A DNA stretch of 64,000 bases from an uncultured Nitrospira sp. (GTDB lineage: Bacteria; Nitrospirota; Nitrospiria; Nitrospirales; Nitrospiraceae), in NCBI GenBank assembly GCA_964642845.1, contig CAZXRB010000001.1, positions 19,754 through 83,753 of the forward strand, read 5' to 3'. This document shows, piece after piece, positions 53,641-63,260 of this stretch (positions within the stretch are counted from its first letter, which is position 1; each line of letters starts with the position of its first letter). Position numbers and translations under genes: made by a program. The notes beneath the pieces are model-generated. The model was not told the DNA's origin. It made no database searches and saw nothing but the letters and a program-made list of their open reading frames with translations.

Positions 53641-55497
53641 TCACGAATTCCTCACGCGCTGCTGACGGGATGGATGCTCCACGAGAAGATTGCCGATGGC
53701 CAGGTAATCGAGGTTCCCCTGCAAGAACGCTCGAATGGCGTCATGGGGAGAATTCACGATCGGTTCCTCGTGCATATTGAAGCTGGTGTTGATCACCGAC
53801 GGGACCCCGCTGAGCCGATGATATTCCTTGAGCACACAATGGAAGCTGGGATTGGTGGCCTCCGTCACCAGTTGGGGGCGCGCCGTGCCGTCCACATGCA
53901 CCGCCGCCGGACATGTCCGCTTCATGAAATCCGTACAGTCAAAGGTCAGAGTCATGAATTGGGCGGAAAACTCCGCGCCGTCGATGTTCTTGTAGCAGCG
54001 TCCCCGTTCCTCATACAGCGTTGCCGGAGCGAACGGCATGAACTCGGTGCGCCCCAATCGCTGGTTGAGCCACTGATTGACCTCCGGTTCGCTCGCTCTG
54101 TACAGGATGGAGCGGTTGCCCAGGGAGCGGGGGCCATATTCCATCCGGCCGTTGAAGCGCGCCACAACACTTCCTTCGTGAATCAGCCTGGCCACCACCG
54201 GTTCGATCAACGGGACATGCTCGAACGCAAGTCCCGCGGCCTGAAGCTCGCGCGCGATCGCATCATCGCTGTAGTCGGGGCCAAAGTACACCGACTCATA
54301 TTTGGCGGCCTGCCCCATGCCGTTGAGGCTCGACAGGAAGGCGGCTCCCGTCCCGCATCCTCCGTCGCCCATATTGGGGTAGACGAAAATCCGCCTGAGA
54401 CCGGGGATCTCGAAGATCCGCTGGTTGAGCTTCACGTTGGCGATCACGCCGCCCGCCAATACTATCGTATCCAGCTTCGTGTGCTCGACATAGTGTCGGA
54501 TGTAATTGACCGCAACCACCTCGAGGGCCCGCTGCCATGCCGCCGCCACATCGATCTTCGGAAAAAGCGAGGCAAGATAGCGAGCGAAGTACACGTTGTT
54601 GCTCTCGACGATCTTAAAATTCCCGGGCTCCTGCTGAAATCGGCTCAGGACAAGATCCAGAAGAATCGAAGGGTCCCCGTACGCCGCGAGGCCGACGATC
54701 TTGCCTTCGTGCCGGCTTGGCTTGAATCCGAGCGACGACGTGACGCTCTCATAGAAGGTGCCCAGGGAGTGCGGATACTCGAGCTTATGAATCCGGCGTA
54801 TTCGTTTCCCCTCGCCGATGCTCGTGGAGCCAGCCAATCCGGACCCATAACCGTCCAAGGTGACAATCAAGGCCCGCTCGAACCCGCTCGCATAGAAGGC
54901 CGCGGCGGCATGGGCGGAATGGTGATCATAGCGTTTCAATTTGTTCAAGAGCCCTAATTCCTTCAAGTTACTCTCTAACTCATCTTGCCACTGCTGATGA
55001 TACGTCAGCGACTCGCACTGCCACCGTCGTGAGCTGCGCTTGGCCAGATTCCTCGACACCACTCCTTCCGCGCCGGCCATCCGATAGAACAACTTGTGCA
55101 GCGACGATTTCTCCATCACTTCGTTGGGTTGCTGCAGCCCTGGTATCGGCTTGGTCCGCGACGGCACCTTCGCCAAAGCCGCCTGGATCTCCTTGCGCAT
55201 GGCCTTGAACGGCGCGTCATTCAGGAATTCCGACTCGTCGCAGATGTTCTTTGTGAACAGCTGCGCTTCCTTCTGCGCCTCGAAGAAGGGATAGGCGACG
55301 ACGTCAATGTCCTTGACGGACACCTTGCAATAGTCCAAGGCGGCCTGAAGTGCTTGAGCGGGAAATCCGTCTTGGAGCTTGTTGCGCGTGAACCGCTCCT
55401 CACCCGCTGCGAAGAGGACCCGCCCGTTCTCCATCAGTGTGACGTTGGAGTCTTTGTCGAGCGGGGACAGGCCTAAAGCGATCATGATGCCTCCCAT
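53641..55497 (-). CDS. Carbamoyltransferase (NodU/CmcH family), divergent paralog
   Basis: AAGEERFTRNKLQDGFP, HHSAHAAAAFYASGF, GDGGCGTGAA and C-terminal NTSFNMHEEPIVNSP. Confidence 0.85.
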   Translation of the reverse strand: MGGIMIALGLSPLDKDSNVTLMENGRVLFAAGEERFTRNKLQDGFPAQALQAALDYCKVSVKDIDVVAYPFFEAQKEAQLFTKNICDESEFLNDAPFKAMRKEIQAALAKVPSRTKPIPGLQQPNEVMEKSSLHKLFYRMAGAEGVVSRNLAKRSSRRWQCESLTYHQQWQDELESNLKELGLLNKLKRYDHHSAHAAAAFYASGFERALIVTLDGYGSGLAGSTSIGEGKRIRRIHKLEYPHSLGTFYESVTSSLGFKPSRHEGKIVGLAAYGDPSILLDLVLSRFQQEPGNFKIVESNNVYFARYLASLFPKIDVAAAWQRALEVVAVNYIRHYVEHTKLDTIVLAGGVIANVKLNQRIFEIPGLRRIFVYPNMGDGGCGTGAAFLSSLNGMGQAAKYESVYFGPDYSDDAIARELQAAGLAFEHVPLIEPVVARLIHEGSVVARFNGRMEYGPRSLGNRSILYRASEPEVNQWLNQRLGRTEFMPFAPATLYEERGRCYKNIDGAEFSAQFMTLTFDCTDFMKRTCPAAVHVDGTARPQLVTEATNPSFHCVLKEYHRLSGVPSVINTSFNMHEEPIVNSPHDAIRAFLQGNLDYLAIGNLLVEHPSRQQRVRNS

Positions 55498-55503
55498 GCC
55501 TGG

Positions 55504-56508
55504 TTAGATCGTGAGTCCACTGAGTTCCCGTTTGAGCGCCGGCGGCGTCGTTGGAATCCCGCCGAGTGCGCCCATAAAGAATTCGAAAAACCGGTCGCAA
55601 CGCGACAAGAACGTGTCGAGATCGGCTTGCGAGCGGACATACGGCGTATGCCCCGGTTCGACCGAAGGGCTATGAAAGGCGAAGGAGAACACTCGCAAGC
55701 CGTCTTTCAACAAGGCGCGCGTCAGCGCCTCATGTTCCGACGTCTCATACCCTTCGGGAGAAAGCCACACCTTGTTGACCAGACCGAGACGAGCGAGCAC
55801 CCCGACGGCGCGGCAGGAGCGCCAAAACCCCGCCGAGGCCCGGCGGTGAATCGGCGCTCCCCAGCGCCGCAGCATTCCCGAAAACCCCACTGTCAATGGG
55901 AGCTCCAACAATCGCGGTTTTCTGATCCAATAGGGCTTGTACGAGCTCGTGGAAAAATCAGGTCCCCCCTCAGGCGAATAATCCATATAGGGGCAGACAC
56001 TCAGATCGATGTCGTATCCCTGTTCCAGCAGAATCTCGGCCGTGTGGCGCCCGACTCCGTACCGCCCTGCCTTGTACATCGTCGGCCGGCTGCCAAACCG
56101 CTCCCCGATACAATCGCCCAGAACCTTCAACTTGGACGCTTCAAGCGCCGGAGGAAGATTGCCCGGAAAACTATTCCACCGAGACACAGGTTCGTCATAA
56201 GGAGGATTGACCCATGGATGGACATGGGCCCCGATCAGGCAGCGACCGCTGGCATACATATCCCGCAACGGCCCATATCCCTCGGGTCTTGAGACAATCG
56301 GGTAATCGACCATATACACCGGAACGATTCTGTAGCGGTCAAAAATGGCTTGCACCCGATTGATGTGCGCCATCGTGCTGACAGAGACGTTGGACCGCGA
56401 AAACCCCGCAGACCAGTCAAATTCCTCCTCCGTGTCCACCACGACGATAAGTCTCGGCTTCGCCGTATCGGGCAAATCACAGTAGTCGGACGGTACCGGG
56501 CTTAACAT
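55504..56508 (-). CDS. Polysaccharide deacetylase-like protein (WalW-type)
   Basis: The LIVVVDTEEEFDW N-terminus and overall size match proteins I recall annotated as WalW/polysaccharide deacetylase in LPS/EPS loci. From memory only. Confidence 0.55.
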   Translation of the reverse strand: MLSPVPSDYCDLPDTAKPRLIVVVDTEEEFDWSAGFSRSNVSVSTMAHINRVQAIFDRYRIVPVYMVDYPIVSRPEGYGPLRDMYASGRCLIGAHVHPWVNPPYDEPVSRWNSFPGNLPPALEASKLKVLGDCIGERFGSRPTMYKAGRYGVGRHTAEILLEQGYDIDLSVCPYMDYSPEGGPDFSTSSYKPYWIRKPRLLELPLTVGFSGMLRRWGAPIHRRASAGFWRSCRAVGVLARLGLVNKVWLSPEGYETSEHEALTRALLKDGLRVFSFAFHSPSVEPGHTPYVRSQADLDTFLSRCDRFFEFFMGALGGIPTTPPALKRELSGLTI

Positions 56509-56574
56509 GGTGACCGCGACTCTCCGCCAGACTTTCTCATCCTCGAAATCCCCTTTCCGCCGGCCGGTGCACGG

Positions 56575-56727
56575 TCAGAACAGGGTATAAATGAACGGCG
56601 CCACGGCCGAGCCTTGTGTCAACACGATCAAGGTGCCGAACAACAACAGCACCACGAGAATCGGAAGGAGCCAAAACTTTTTCCGCTCTCTCATGAATTC
56701 CCACAGCTCCACCACGAATCCGCCCAT
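56575..56727 (-). CDS. Small membrane protein, DUF5989 / SxtK-like
   Basis: 50 aa: MGGFVVELWEFMRERKKFWLLPILVVLLLFGTLIVLTQGSAVAPFIYTLF. The RKKFWLLPI...PFIYTLF pattern is typical of the family found next to carbamoyltransferases. It is embedded in a longer spurious track ORF. Confidence 0.6.
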   Translation of the reverse strand: MGGFVVELWEFMRERKKFWLLPILVVLLLFGTLIVLTQGSAVAPFIYTLF

Positions 56728-56747
56728 GATATCCCCTCCTCTACCGC

Positions 56748-57143
56748 TCAAAACTGATTCCGCATGTGATGCCGGGGCCGTGGCGCACGGACCACACGAT
56801 ACGTCGCGGCATCTTGGCTGAAGACGCGATGCATGGAGTCCTTGCCGAACAGCCGCATTGCCACCCCCATGGGGGTCACGAGACCGTAATAAATGAAGCC
56901 CAAGATGATCTTGGTGTTGATCGTTCCCAAGATATGGCCGATCTTCATCCATCCGTAATGGATCCGCTTCAGGCTCTGTGGAAGGAGCGCGCCGAGCGTC
57001 ATCAACAAGCCGCCCACAACGACCGCCCACCAACGTGGATGCTCCTGGCGAAAAACCAGCGGCCAGGCGCCGATCACTCCAAACACGGCTCCAACAAGAA
57101 GTCCAAACTGCCGCAGTTCTTTGTGCGTGGTCTGCTGTGACAT
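56748..57143 (-). CDS. SxtJ-like membrane protein
   Basis: MSQQTTHKELRQFGLLVGAVFGVIGAW..., three TM segments, ~131 aa. It lies directly downstream of a carbamoyltransferase, as in sxtI-sxtJ-sxtK. Start at ATG 57143. Confidence 0.6.
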   Translation of the reverse strand: MSQQTTHKELRQFGLLVGAVFGVIGAWPLVFRQEHPRWWAVVVGGLLMTLGALLPQSLKRIHYGWMKIGHILGTINTKIILGFIYYGLVTPMGVAMRLFGKDSMHRVFSQDAATYRVVRAPRPRHHMRNQF

Positions 57144-57154
57144 CGTGTTGTCTC

Positions 57155-58999
57155 CTAATCGAGCTCGAATTCCTGCTGCCAATTCGTGTCGCGCTCGAGC
57201 GGCTTCTGCTGCGCCTTATAGAGGACGCAGTTTTCCAGCACGAGCACGTCCATCTCCGTCCTCATGAAACAGCGGTACGCATCCTCCGGAGTGCAGACAA
57301 TCGGCTCGCCCCGCACGTTGAACGAGGTGTTCACCAGCACGGGATAACCGGTCTGTGCCTCAAACGCTTTCAACAGGCGGTAATACCGCGGGTTCGTCTC
57401 TTCGTGGACCGTCTGGATGCGCGCCGAGTAGTCCAAATGCGTGACGGCCGGGATGTCGGAACGCGGCACGTTGAGCAAGTCGATGCCCCAGAGCGATGAA
57501 CGTTCCGCGGTCAGCGGAAGACGGCGCTTTTCGAGGACGGGTGCGACGAGCAGCATATAGGGACTGTCGGTGTCCATCTCGAAAAAGTCGGCCACTCGTT
57601 CCCTTAATACCGATGGCGCAAACGGTCTGAACGATTCCCGATACTTGATCTTCAAGTTCATGACCGATTGCATTTTGGTGTTACGCGCATCGCCCAGGAT
57701 GCTCCGCCCCCCTAACGCGCGGGGACCGAACTCCATACGTCCCTGGAGCCAGCCCACGACTTTCCCTTCGGCGAGATCCCTCGCCACCCGGTCAAACAGG
57801 ATGTGGTCGTCCAGCCGCTCGTACGGCGCAGCAATCCGCTTCAAGAACTGTTCGATGTCATCATTGGTGTGTTTTGGCCCCAGATAACTGCCTTTCATGC
57901 GGTCGACGCCGGTACATGTTCTCGGTTGATCGTCATATTGATGCCATGCGGCCAGCGCGGCGCCCAGCGCGCCGCCGGCATCACCTGCGGCCGGCTGGAT
58001 CCAGATCCCCTTGAACGGCCCTTCCCGCAAGATACGGCCGTTTCCCACGCAATTGAGCGCGACACCGCCGGCCATGCACAGATACTCCACCCCCGTCTCC
58101 CGATGGAGCGTTCGGCTCACCCGGAGCATGACCTCTTCCGTGACCTCCTGGATCGACCGGGCCAAATCCATTTCCCGCTGAGTCAGTTTGCTCTCGGGTT
58201 TTCGCGGAGGGCCGCCAAACACCTCGTCAAACTTCCGGCTCGTCATGGTGAGGCCGGTGCAATAGTTGAAATACTCCATGTTCAAGCGGAAGGTCCCGTC
58301 CGGCTTCAAGTCCAGCAAATGGTCGTAAATGTTCTTCACATATTTAGGCTCGCCATACGGCGCGAGCCCCATCACCTTGTACTCGCCTGAATTGACCTTA
58401 AATCCCGTATAGTACGTGAAGGCCGAATAGAGCAGGCCGAGGGAATGCGGGAAGGGAATTTCCCATAACGGCGTGAGGGAGTGTCCTTCACCAAGCCACG
58501 CGGAGGTGGTCGCCCATTCGCCCACGCCGTCCATGCAGAGCACGACGGCCTTTTCATAGGGTGAGGGATAAAAGGCGGACGCGGCGTGCGACTCGTGATG
58601 CTCGGAAAACAACAGCTGCGGCAACGCGGACTTCTTGACACCCGGCGCGAGCGCGATGAACTCATTGGCCAGCAGATTTCTCAGTAACAATTTCTCTTTG
58701 AGCCACACGGGCATAGCGGCAACGAATGACTGCACGCCTCTTGGCGCAAAGGCCAAGTACGTTTCGATGAGACGCTCGAACTTCACCAGGGGCTTATCAT
58801 AGAAGACGATGTATCGAAGATCGGTCAGCGTGATGCCCGCCTCACGGAGGCAATACCGCACGGCGTGGCGCGGAAATCCTGGATCGTGCTTTTTTCGGGT
58901 AAACCGCTCCTCCTGCGCGGCGGCGATGATCTCCCCGTCGCGAACGATGCACGCGGCGCTGTCATGGTAGTAGGCGGAGATTCCCAGGATATGACTCAC
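57155..58999 (-). CDS. Carbamoyltransferase (NodU/CmcH family), canonical paralog
   Basis: ILGISAYYHDSAACIV, QEERFTRKKHDPGFP, EHHESHAASAFYPSP, PAAGDAGGALGAA and NTSFNVRGEPIVCTPEDA. Confidence 0.9.
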   Translation of the reverse strand: MSHILGISAYYHDSAACIVRDGEIIAAAQEERFTRKKHDPGFPRHAVRYCLREAGITLTDLRYIVFYDKPLVKFERLIETYLAFAPRGVQSFVAAMPVWLKEKLLLRNLLANEFIALAPGVKKSALPQLLFSEHHESHAASAFYPSPYEKAVVLCMDGVGEWATTSAWLGEGHSLTPLWEIPFPHSLGLLYSAFTYYTGFKVNSGEYKVMGLAPYGEPKYVKNIYDHLLDLKPDGTFRLNMEYFNYCTGLTMTSRKFDEVFGGPPRKPESKLTQREMDLARSIQEVTEEVMLRVSRTLHRETGVEYLCMAGGVALNCVGNGRILREGPFKGIWIQPAAGDAGGALGAALAAWHQYDDQPRTCTGVDRMKGSYLGPKHTNDDIEQFLKRIAAPYERLDDHILFDRVARDLAEGKVVGWLQGRMEFGPRALGGRSILGDARNTKMQSVMNLKIKYRESFRPFAPSVLRERVADFFEMDTDSPYMLLVAPVLEKRRLPLTAERSSLWGIDLLNVPRSDIPAVTHLDYSARIQTVHEETNPRYYRLLKAFEAQTGYPVLVNTSFNVRGEPIVCTPEDAYRCFMRTEMDVLVLENCVLYKAQQKPLERDTNWQQEFELD

Positions 59000-60105
59000 G
59001 ACTTCCTCCTTCGGACCGAATGCTGTTCATCCATCCGGACAGTCTCGTGAACGAGAGTGCTCTCGTACGGTCGTTCAAACAGGGTGGGGTGCGTGGCGAG
59101 GTAGGCACTGACTGTGGCGGCCGCTATCTTGTATCCCAGCCTCCCGGGATGGACGAAATCCCCGCGCTCCACTCGAATCTCCTTGATCGGGTGGGCACTG
59201 AACGGCTCCAACAAATCGACCACGTGAAAACGCCGGGCCGCCGCCTCTCGGGCGATTTTTTGATGGATCCATTGCCATTCATAGCGGTCAAAGTCATACA
59301 TCACGGGGAAGACGACCACGACGACCGGAATACGCTGCGCGGCGGCAAATTCTGACATTTGCCAGAACCCTTGCACTACGTTATCCTGCCACTTCGTCCC
59401 ATGCTTGTATAGCTTTCCAAAAAAGTCCGCCGCTATCGAGCCGAGTGGGTCGTCATGATCCCCGACATTCCACCGCCAAAGCAGACGGTCGATCCGCTCC
59501 TTCAAGAGGTACAAGACGGCCGAAGACTTGAGCGCGGTCTTGGCTTCGCAGGGAATCGGAAGATGCAACAACTGAATTCGGCAGGATGTTTCCCCCTCGA
59601 CATACGCCACCCCCGTGTCGGCATCATTCAATGAATAGGCGACGATCAGGAGATCCGGCTGGTATTTGCTGCCCTCCTCAACGAGCAGATGGGCTTCCTG
59701 ATACGTGTTCAGGCCGGGAATCGCTAGATTGATCACTTCCACAGTTCGCTCCCCTGGCACATTCATCTGCGCGGCAAGCTGCCGGGCGAACGTCTCTTCA
59801 AGCGGCACTTTATACCCGAACGCAACGGAATCACCGAGCACCACAACTCGGTAGGTCTGCGCGTCCTTCTGATACCGGTGCTCCACGTCGCGGAAACCTC
59901 TGCTGTTGAGTCGATAGACCACGTCTCCGCTGAAACTCGTGGAATTCGGCTTCAGTCGATAGTTGAGAATCTTGTCATCGACCTTCACGATGTCGTGCAA
60001 GTTCCAGCTGACCTCGCCGCGAAATCCCAGGACCCGAAGCCCGGCCTCAGCCAGCAAGAGCGTCATCAGCAGAGAGCCGACGAACAACAGCAGATTCTTC
60101 CACAT
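58996..60105 (-). CDS. Membrane-anchored SGNH/GDSL-like hydrolase (paralog 2)
   Basis: N-terminal TM LLLFVGSLLMTLLLAEAGLRVLGF and YRVVVLGDSVAFGY (GDS block). 4-nt overlap with the downstream carbamoyltransferase. Confidence 0.7.
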   Translation of the reverse strand: MWKNLLLFVGSLLMTLLLAEAGLRVLGFRGEVSWNLHDIVKVDDKILNYRLKPNSTSFSGDVVYRLNSRGFRDVEHRYQKDAQTYRVVVLGDSVAFGYKVPLEETFARQLAAQMNVPGERTVEVINLAIPGLNTYQEAHLLVEEGSKYQPDLLIVAYSLNDADTGVAYVEGETSCRIQLLHLPIPCEAKTALKSSAVLYLLKERIDRLLWRWNVGDHDDPLGSIAADFFGKLYKHGTKWQDNVVQGFWQMSEFAAAQRIPVVVVVFPVMYDFDRYEWQWIHQKIAREAAARRFHVVDLLEPFSAHPIKEIRVERGDFVHPGRLGYKIAAATVSAYLATHPTLFERPYESTLVHETVRMDEQHSVRRRKS

Positions 60106-60123
60106 GGATCCCGTAACCCGAGA

Positions 60124-62025
60124 TCAGACCGACGGCGGCCGACCATCGATAAACGTCCGATGCCACAGTTCCAATACGAGCAGGTCCCACAGATACGTCG
60201 ATTGATCTTCACGCCCCGCGCAGTGGTCCGCCAACAAATCCGCCACGACCTTCGGCTGAAAGTATCCGCGCTGGGATGAGCGCGGCGACAACAGCACGTC
60301 ATGCGCCATGTCACGCAGATCGGTGCGGAACCAGCTCGGGAGGGGCGCCCCAAATCCCATCTTCGGGCGATCCAGGATGACATCGGGCAAGACCCCCCGT
60401 AGAGCGGCCTTCAACAGCGTTTTCTTTTCGGCGCCCCGCAGTTTCATCTCCGCCGGAAGGCAGGCCACGAATTCCATCAAGTGATGATCGAGCAGCGGCG
60501 AGCGGGCCTCCAGCGAATGCGCCATAGTGGCGCGATCCATCTTGACCAGGAGATCATCGACGAGATACAGGTTGACGTCGGCGTCCAGCGTCGCATCGAT
60601 CCGATTGTCCGCATCGCTGGCCGCCAAGACCTGCTCGAACAGGCCTTCCGGATCATGGCCCAGCGCCTGTCGGCGCCACCCGGGATCGTAGAGCGCGCAC
60701 CGTTGAGCCGGCGAAAAGTGTCCCACCCACTTCGCATAGCGCCGCGGCGGCGATTGCGCGAGGGCGGACGCTACCCGGTTGATCTTTCCGAACGGCGCAA
60801 CGTTCCGCACCGCCTGGGGCAGCGCATCCGTGAAGCTGGCAAGGCCTCTCCACACCCAGCGCGGCACTGCGTCGCCGATCCGCGCGCGATGATTGACGAC
60901 ATAGCGGTCATAGCCCGCAAAACTCTCGTCTCCTCCGTCCCCGTTCAACACCACCGTGACATGCTGCCGGGTCAACTGCGCGATCGCATAACTCGGGACC
61001 GCCGAGGAATCGCCAAACGGCTCATCGTAATGCCAGATGAGTTTCGGCAGGATCTCCGCGACCGGCGCCTTCACCACCAATTCCGTATGCTCCGTGCCGA
61101 ACTGATTCGCCACCATGCGCGCAAACGGACGTTCGTCGAAGTTGGCGTCATCGAATCCGACACAGAACGTGCGTACAGGGCGGTTCATGGCCTGCGCCAT
61201 GTAAGCGACCACCGCACTCGAGTCGATGCCGCCGCTTAAGAAAGCCCCCAGGGGTACGTCGCTGACCAACCGCAGGCGCACGGCCTCCGCGAATCGCCAG
61301 TGGAGTTCGGCGACGGCATCTTGGACCGAGAGCTTCCGCTTCGGCGTGTAGTGCAGCTTCCAATAGCGCCCGATCTCGGTCCTCCCCGCACGGATTTCCA
61401 GCCAGTGCGCCGCGGGGAGTTTGTGTATGCCCCTAAAAGCGGTGAGCGGCGCGGGAATGTACCCGAAGGCCAGGTATTGGTCGAGGGCGACCGGGTCCAT
61501 CTCGACCGGCACGGCGGTATCGGCCAGTAACGCCTTGATTTCGGACGCGAACAGGAATCGCCGTCCATCGCTGTAGTAGAAGAGGGGTTTTTTTCCGACG
61601 CGATCGCGCGCTACAAACAACGTGCGCGTCCGGGTGTTCCAGGCGGCGAACGCGAACATGCCGCGAAAGTACTGCAGGCAATCCCGCCCGTATTGTTCAT
61701 AGGCATGGACGATCACTTCGGTGTCGCTGTTCGTCCGAAAGACGTGGCCTTGTGCTTCGAGTTCCTTGCGCAGTTCATGGAAATTATAGATTTCTCCGTT
61801 GAACGTGACCCAGACTGTTCCGTCCTCGTTCGACATCGGTTGAGCGGCAACCGTCCGAAGATCGATAATCGACAACCGTCGGTGGGCCAGGCCTATTTCC
61901 CCCTCCACCCAGATCCCCTCCCCGTCGGGACCGCGATGGGCCAAGGTGCGCACCATGGCGGCCATTTCATTACGAGACACCGACCGGTTTGGATCCAGAT
62001 AGAGCTTACCGGCAATTCCGCACAT
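60124..62025 (-). CDS. asnB: Asparagine synthase (glutamine-hydrolysing) family amidotransferase
   Basis: MCGIAG N-terminal nucleophile, Ntn-GATase domain, and PP-loop FLSGGIDSS. 633 aa. Confidence 0.9.
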   Translation of the reverse strand: MCGIAGKLYLDPNRSVSRNEMAAMVRTLAHRGPDGEGIWVEGEIGLAHRRLSIIDLRTVAAQPMSNEDGTVWVTFNGEIYNFHELRKELEAQGHVFRTNSDTEVIVHAYEQYGRDCLQYFRGMFAFAAWNTRTRTLFVARDRVGKKPLFYYSDGRRFLFASEIKALLADTAVPVEMDPVALDQYLAFGYIPAPLTAFRGIHKLPAAHWLEIRAGRTEIGRYWKLHYTPKRKLSVQDAVAELHWRFAEAVRLRLVSDVPLGAFLSGGIDSSAVVAYMAQAMNRPVRTFCVGFDDANFDERPFARMVANQFGTEHTELVVKAPVAEILPKLIWHYDEPFGDSSAVPSYAIAQLTRQHVTVVLNGDGGDESFAGYDRYVVNHRARIGDAVPRWVWRGLASFTDALPQAVRNVAPFGKINRVASALAQSPPRRYAKWVGHFSPAQRCALYDPGWRRQALGHDPEGLFEQVLAASDADNRIDATLDADVNLYLVDDLLVKMDRATMAHSLEARSPLLDHHLMEFVACLPAEMKLRGAEKKTLLKAALRGVLPDVILDRPKMGFGAPLPSWFRTDLRDMAHDVLLSPRSSQRGYFQPKVVADLLADHCAGREDQSTYLWDLLVLELWHRTFIDGRPPSV

Positions 62026-62051
62026 CGCGTCCTATCCTCGTTCGCCCGGGG

Positions 62052-63260
62052 TCATGCCTTGCCGTCGACGGCCTTCACCGTCCGCCCGTATCCATTGAAC
62101 GGGCCCGGCTGATGAAGAGTCGCCACGAGAGCGTCGTACAAGTCCTCGATGCGACGCAGCCGATTGGAAAAGGAAAATTCGGCTTCGATTCGCCGACGGC
62201 CGGCTTGCCGGAGCCGGGTTCGCAACGCCGGGTCCTCGACGATTCTCAGCAGCGCCGCGGCCAGCCCGTCGGCGTCGCCCAAGGGCAGGACATAGCCGGT
62301 CTCCCCGTCCTTGACCAATTCCTTGGCTCCGGCCACGTCGGTCGTTACGACGGGTAGTCCCATGGCCATCGCTTCAAGAATACAGTTGGGCAGCCCCTCC
62401 CGTCGCGAGCTCAACATGAAGACATCAAACGCCGCGTACACCGCCTGGAGATTCGACCGGTATCCGGGAAACATCACCTGGCGCTCGATGCCGAGCTCTC
62501 GCGCCACCCGTTCTAGTTCGGTGCGTGTGTCGTCTCCCCGCCCATCGCCGACCAGGACGCACCTCGCCGCCGGGTGTTTGCGCGCCACCACGGCGAAGGC
62601 CTTCAGCCAGGTGGACAAATCCTTCTCGCGATTGATCCGGCCGACATACCCGACGACGGGAAAGGCGCCGCCGAGTCCCAACTCCCGGCGGAAACTGTCC
62701 GTTCCCTGCTCCGGCGACCAGGCCGACGTGTCGATGGCGTTGTGAATGACGGTGACGCGCTCGGCCGGCACACCGCCGGCCACCATCTCGGTCTTCGTAG
62801 CATGAGAGACCGCAATGAGATGATCCAAGCGCCGCATAATCGCCAAATCGAGACGCCGATACAGTTCCCCCTTGAGGCCCAGCAACACCCACGCGTGCGC
62901 CGTCGAAAGGAGACGGACCGGATGCGGGCACATCCACCGCCCGAAGAGATAGGCAAACACATCGCTCTTGTAATCGTGCGAGTGGATGATGTTGATCTTG
63001 TGCCGCAACACGATGTCGCGAAGTGCCCGCAGGACCTGCAAGTCAAATTTTCCCCGCTCCGGGATCTCGTAGTAGGTCAATCCCTTGGCGCGGGCCTTGT
63101 CCGTGATTTGAAACTCGTGGTCCCGCACGTCCCGGATGTAGGCCACGACGGGCGTTACGCGCGACTGGTCGTGCTGCTCGGCGGACAGCAAGATGGTCTT
63201 GTCCGGTCCTCCGCCCCACTTGTATGTGTTGCGGAGTTCTAGCAGGCGCACGTCAGGCAT
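62052..63260 (-). CDS. Glycosyltransferase family 4
   Basis: EX7E region SSRREGLPNCILEAMAMGLPVVTTDVAGAKELV, with N-domain WGGGPDKTIL. Start at ATG 63260 or 63272. The longer track ORF overlaps the upstream gene. Confidence 0.85.
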   Translation of the reverse strand: MPDVRLLELRNTYKWGGGPDKTILLSAEQHDQSRVTPVVAYIRDVRDHEFQITDKARAKGLTYYEIPERGKFDLQVLRALRDIVLRHKINIIHSHDYKSDVFAYLFGRWMCPHPVRLLSTAHAWVLLGLKGELYRRLDLAIMRRLDHLIAVSHATKTEMVAGGVPAERVTVIHNAIDTSAWSPEQGTDSFRRELGLGGAFPVVGYVGRINREKDLSTWLKAFAVVARKHPAARCVLVGDGRGDDTRTELERVARELGIERQVMFPGYRSNLQAVYAAFDVFMLSSRREGLPNCILEAMAMGLPVVTTDVAGAKELVKDGETGYVLPLGDADGLAAALLRIVEDPALRTRLRQAGRRRIEAEFSFSNRLRRIEDLYDALVATLHQPGPFNGYGRTVKAVDGKA

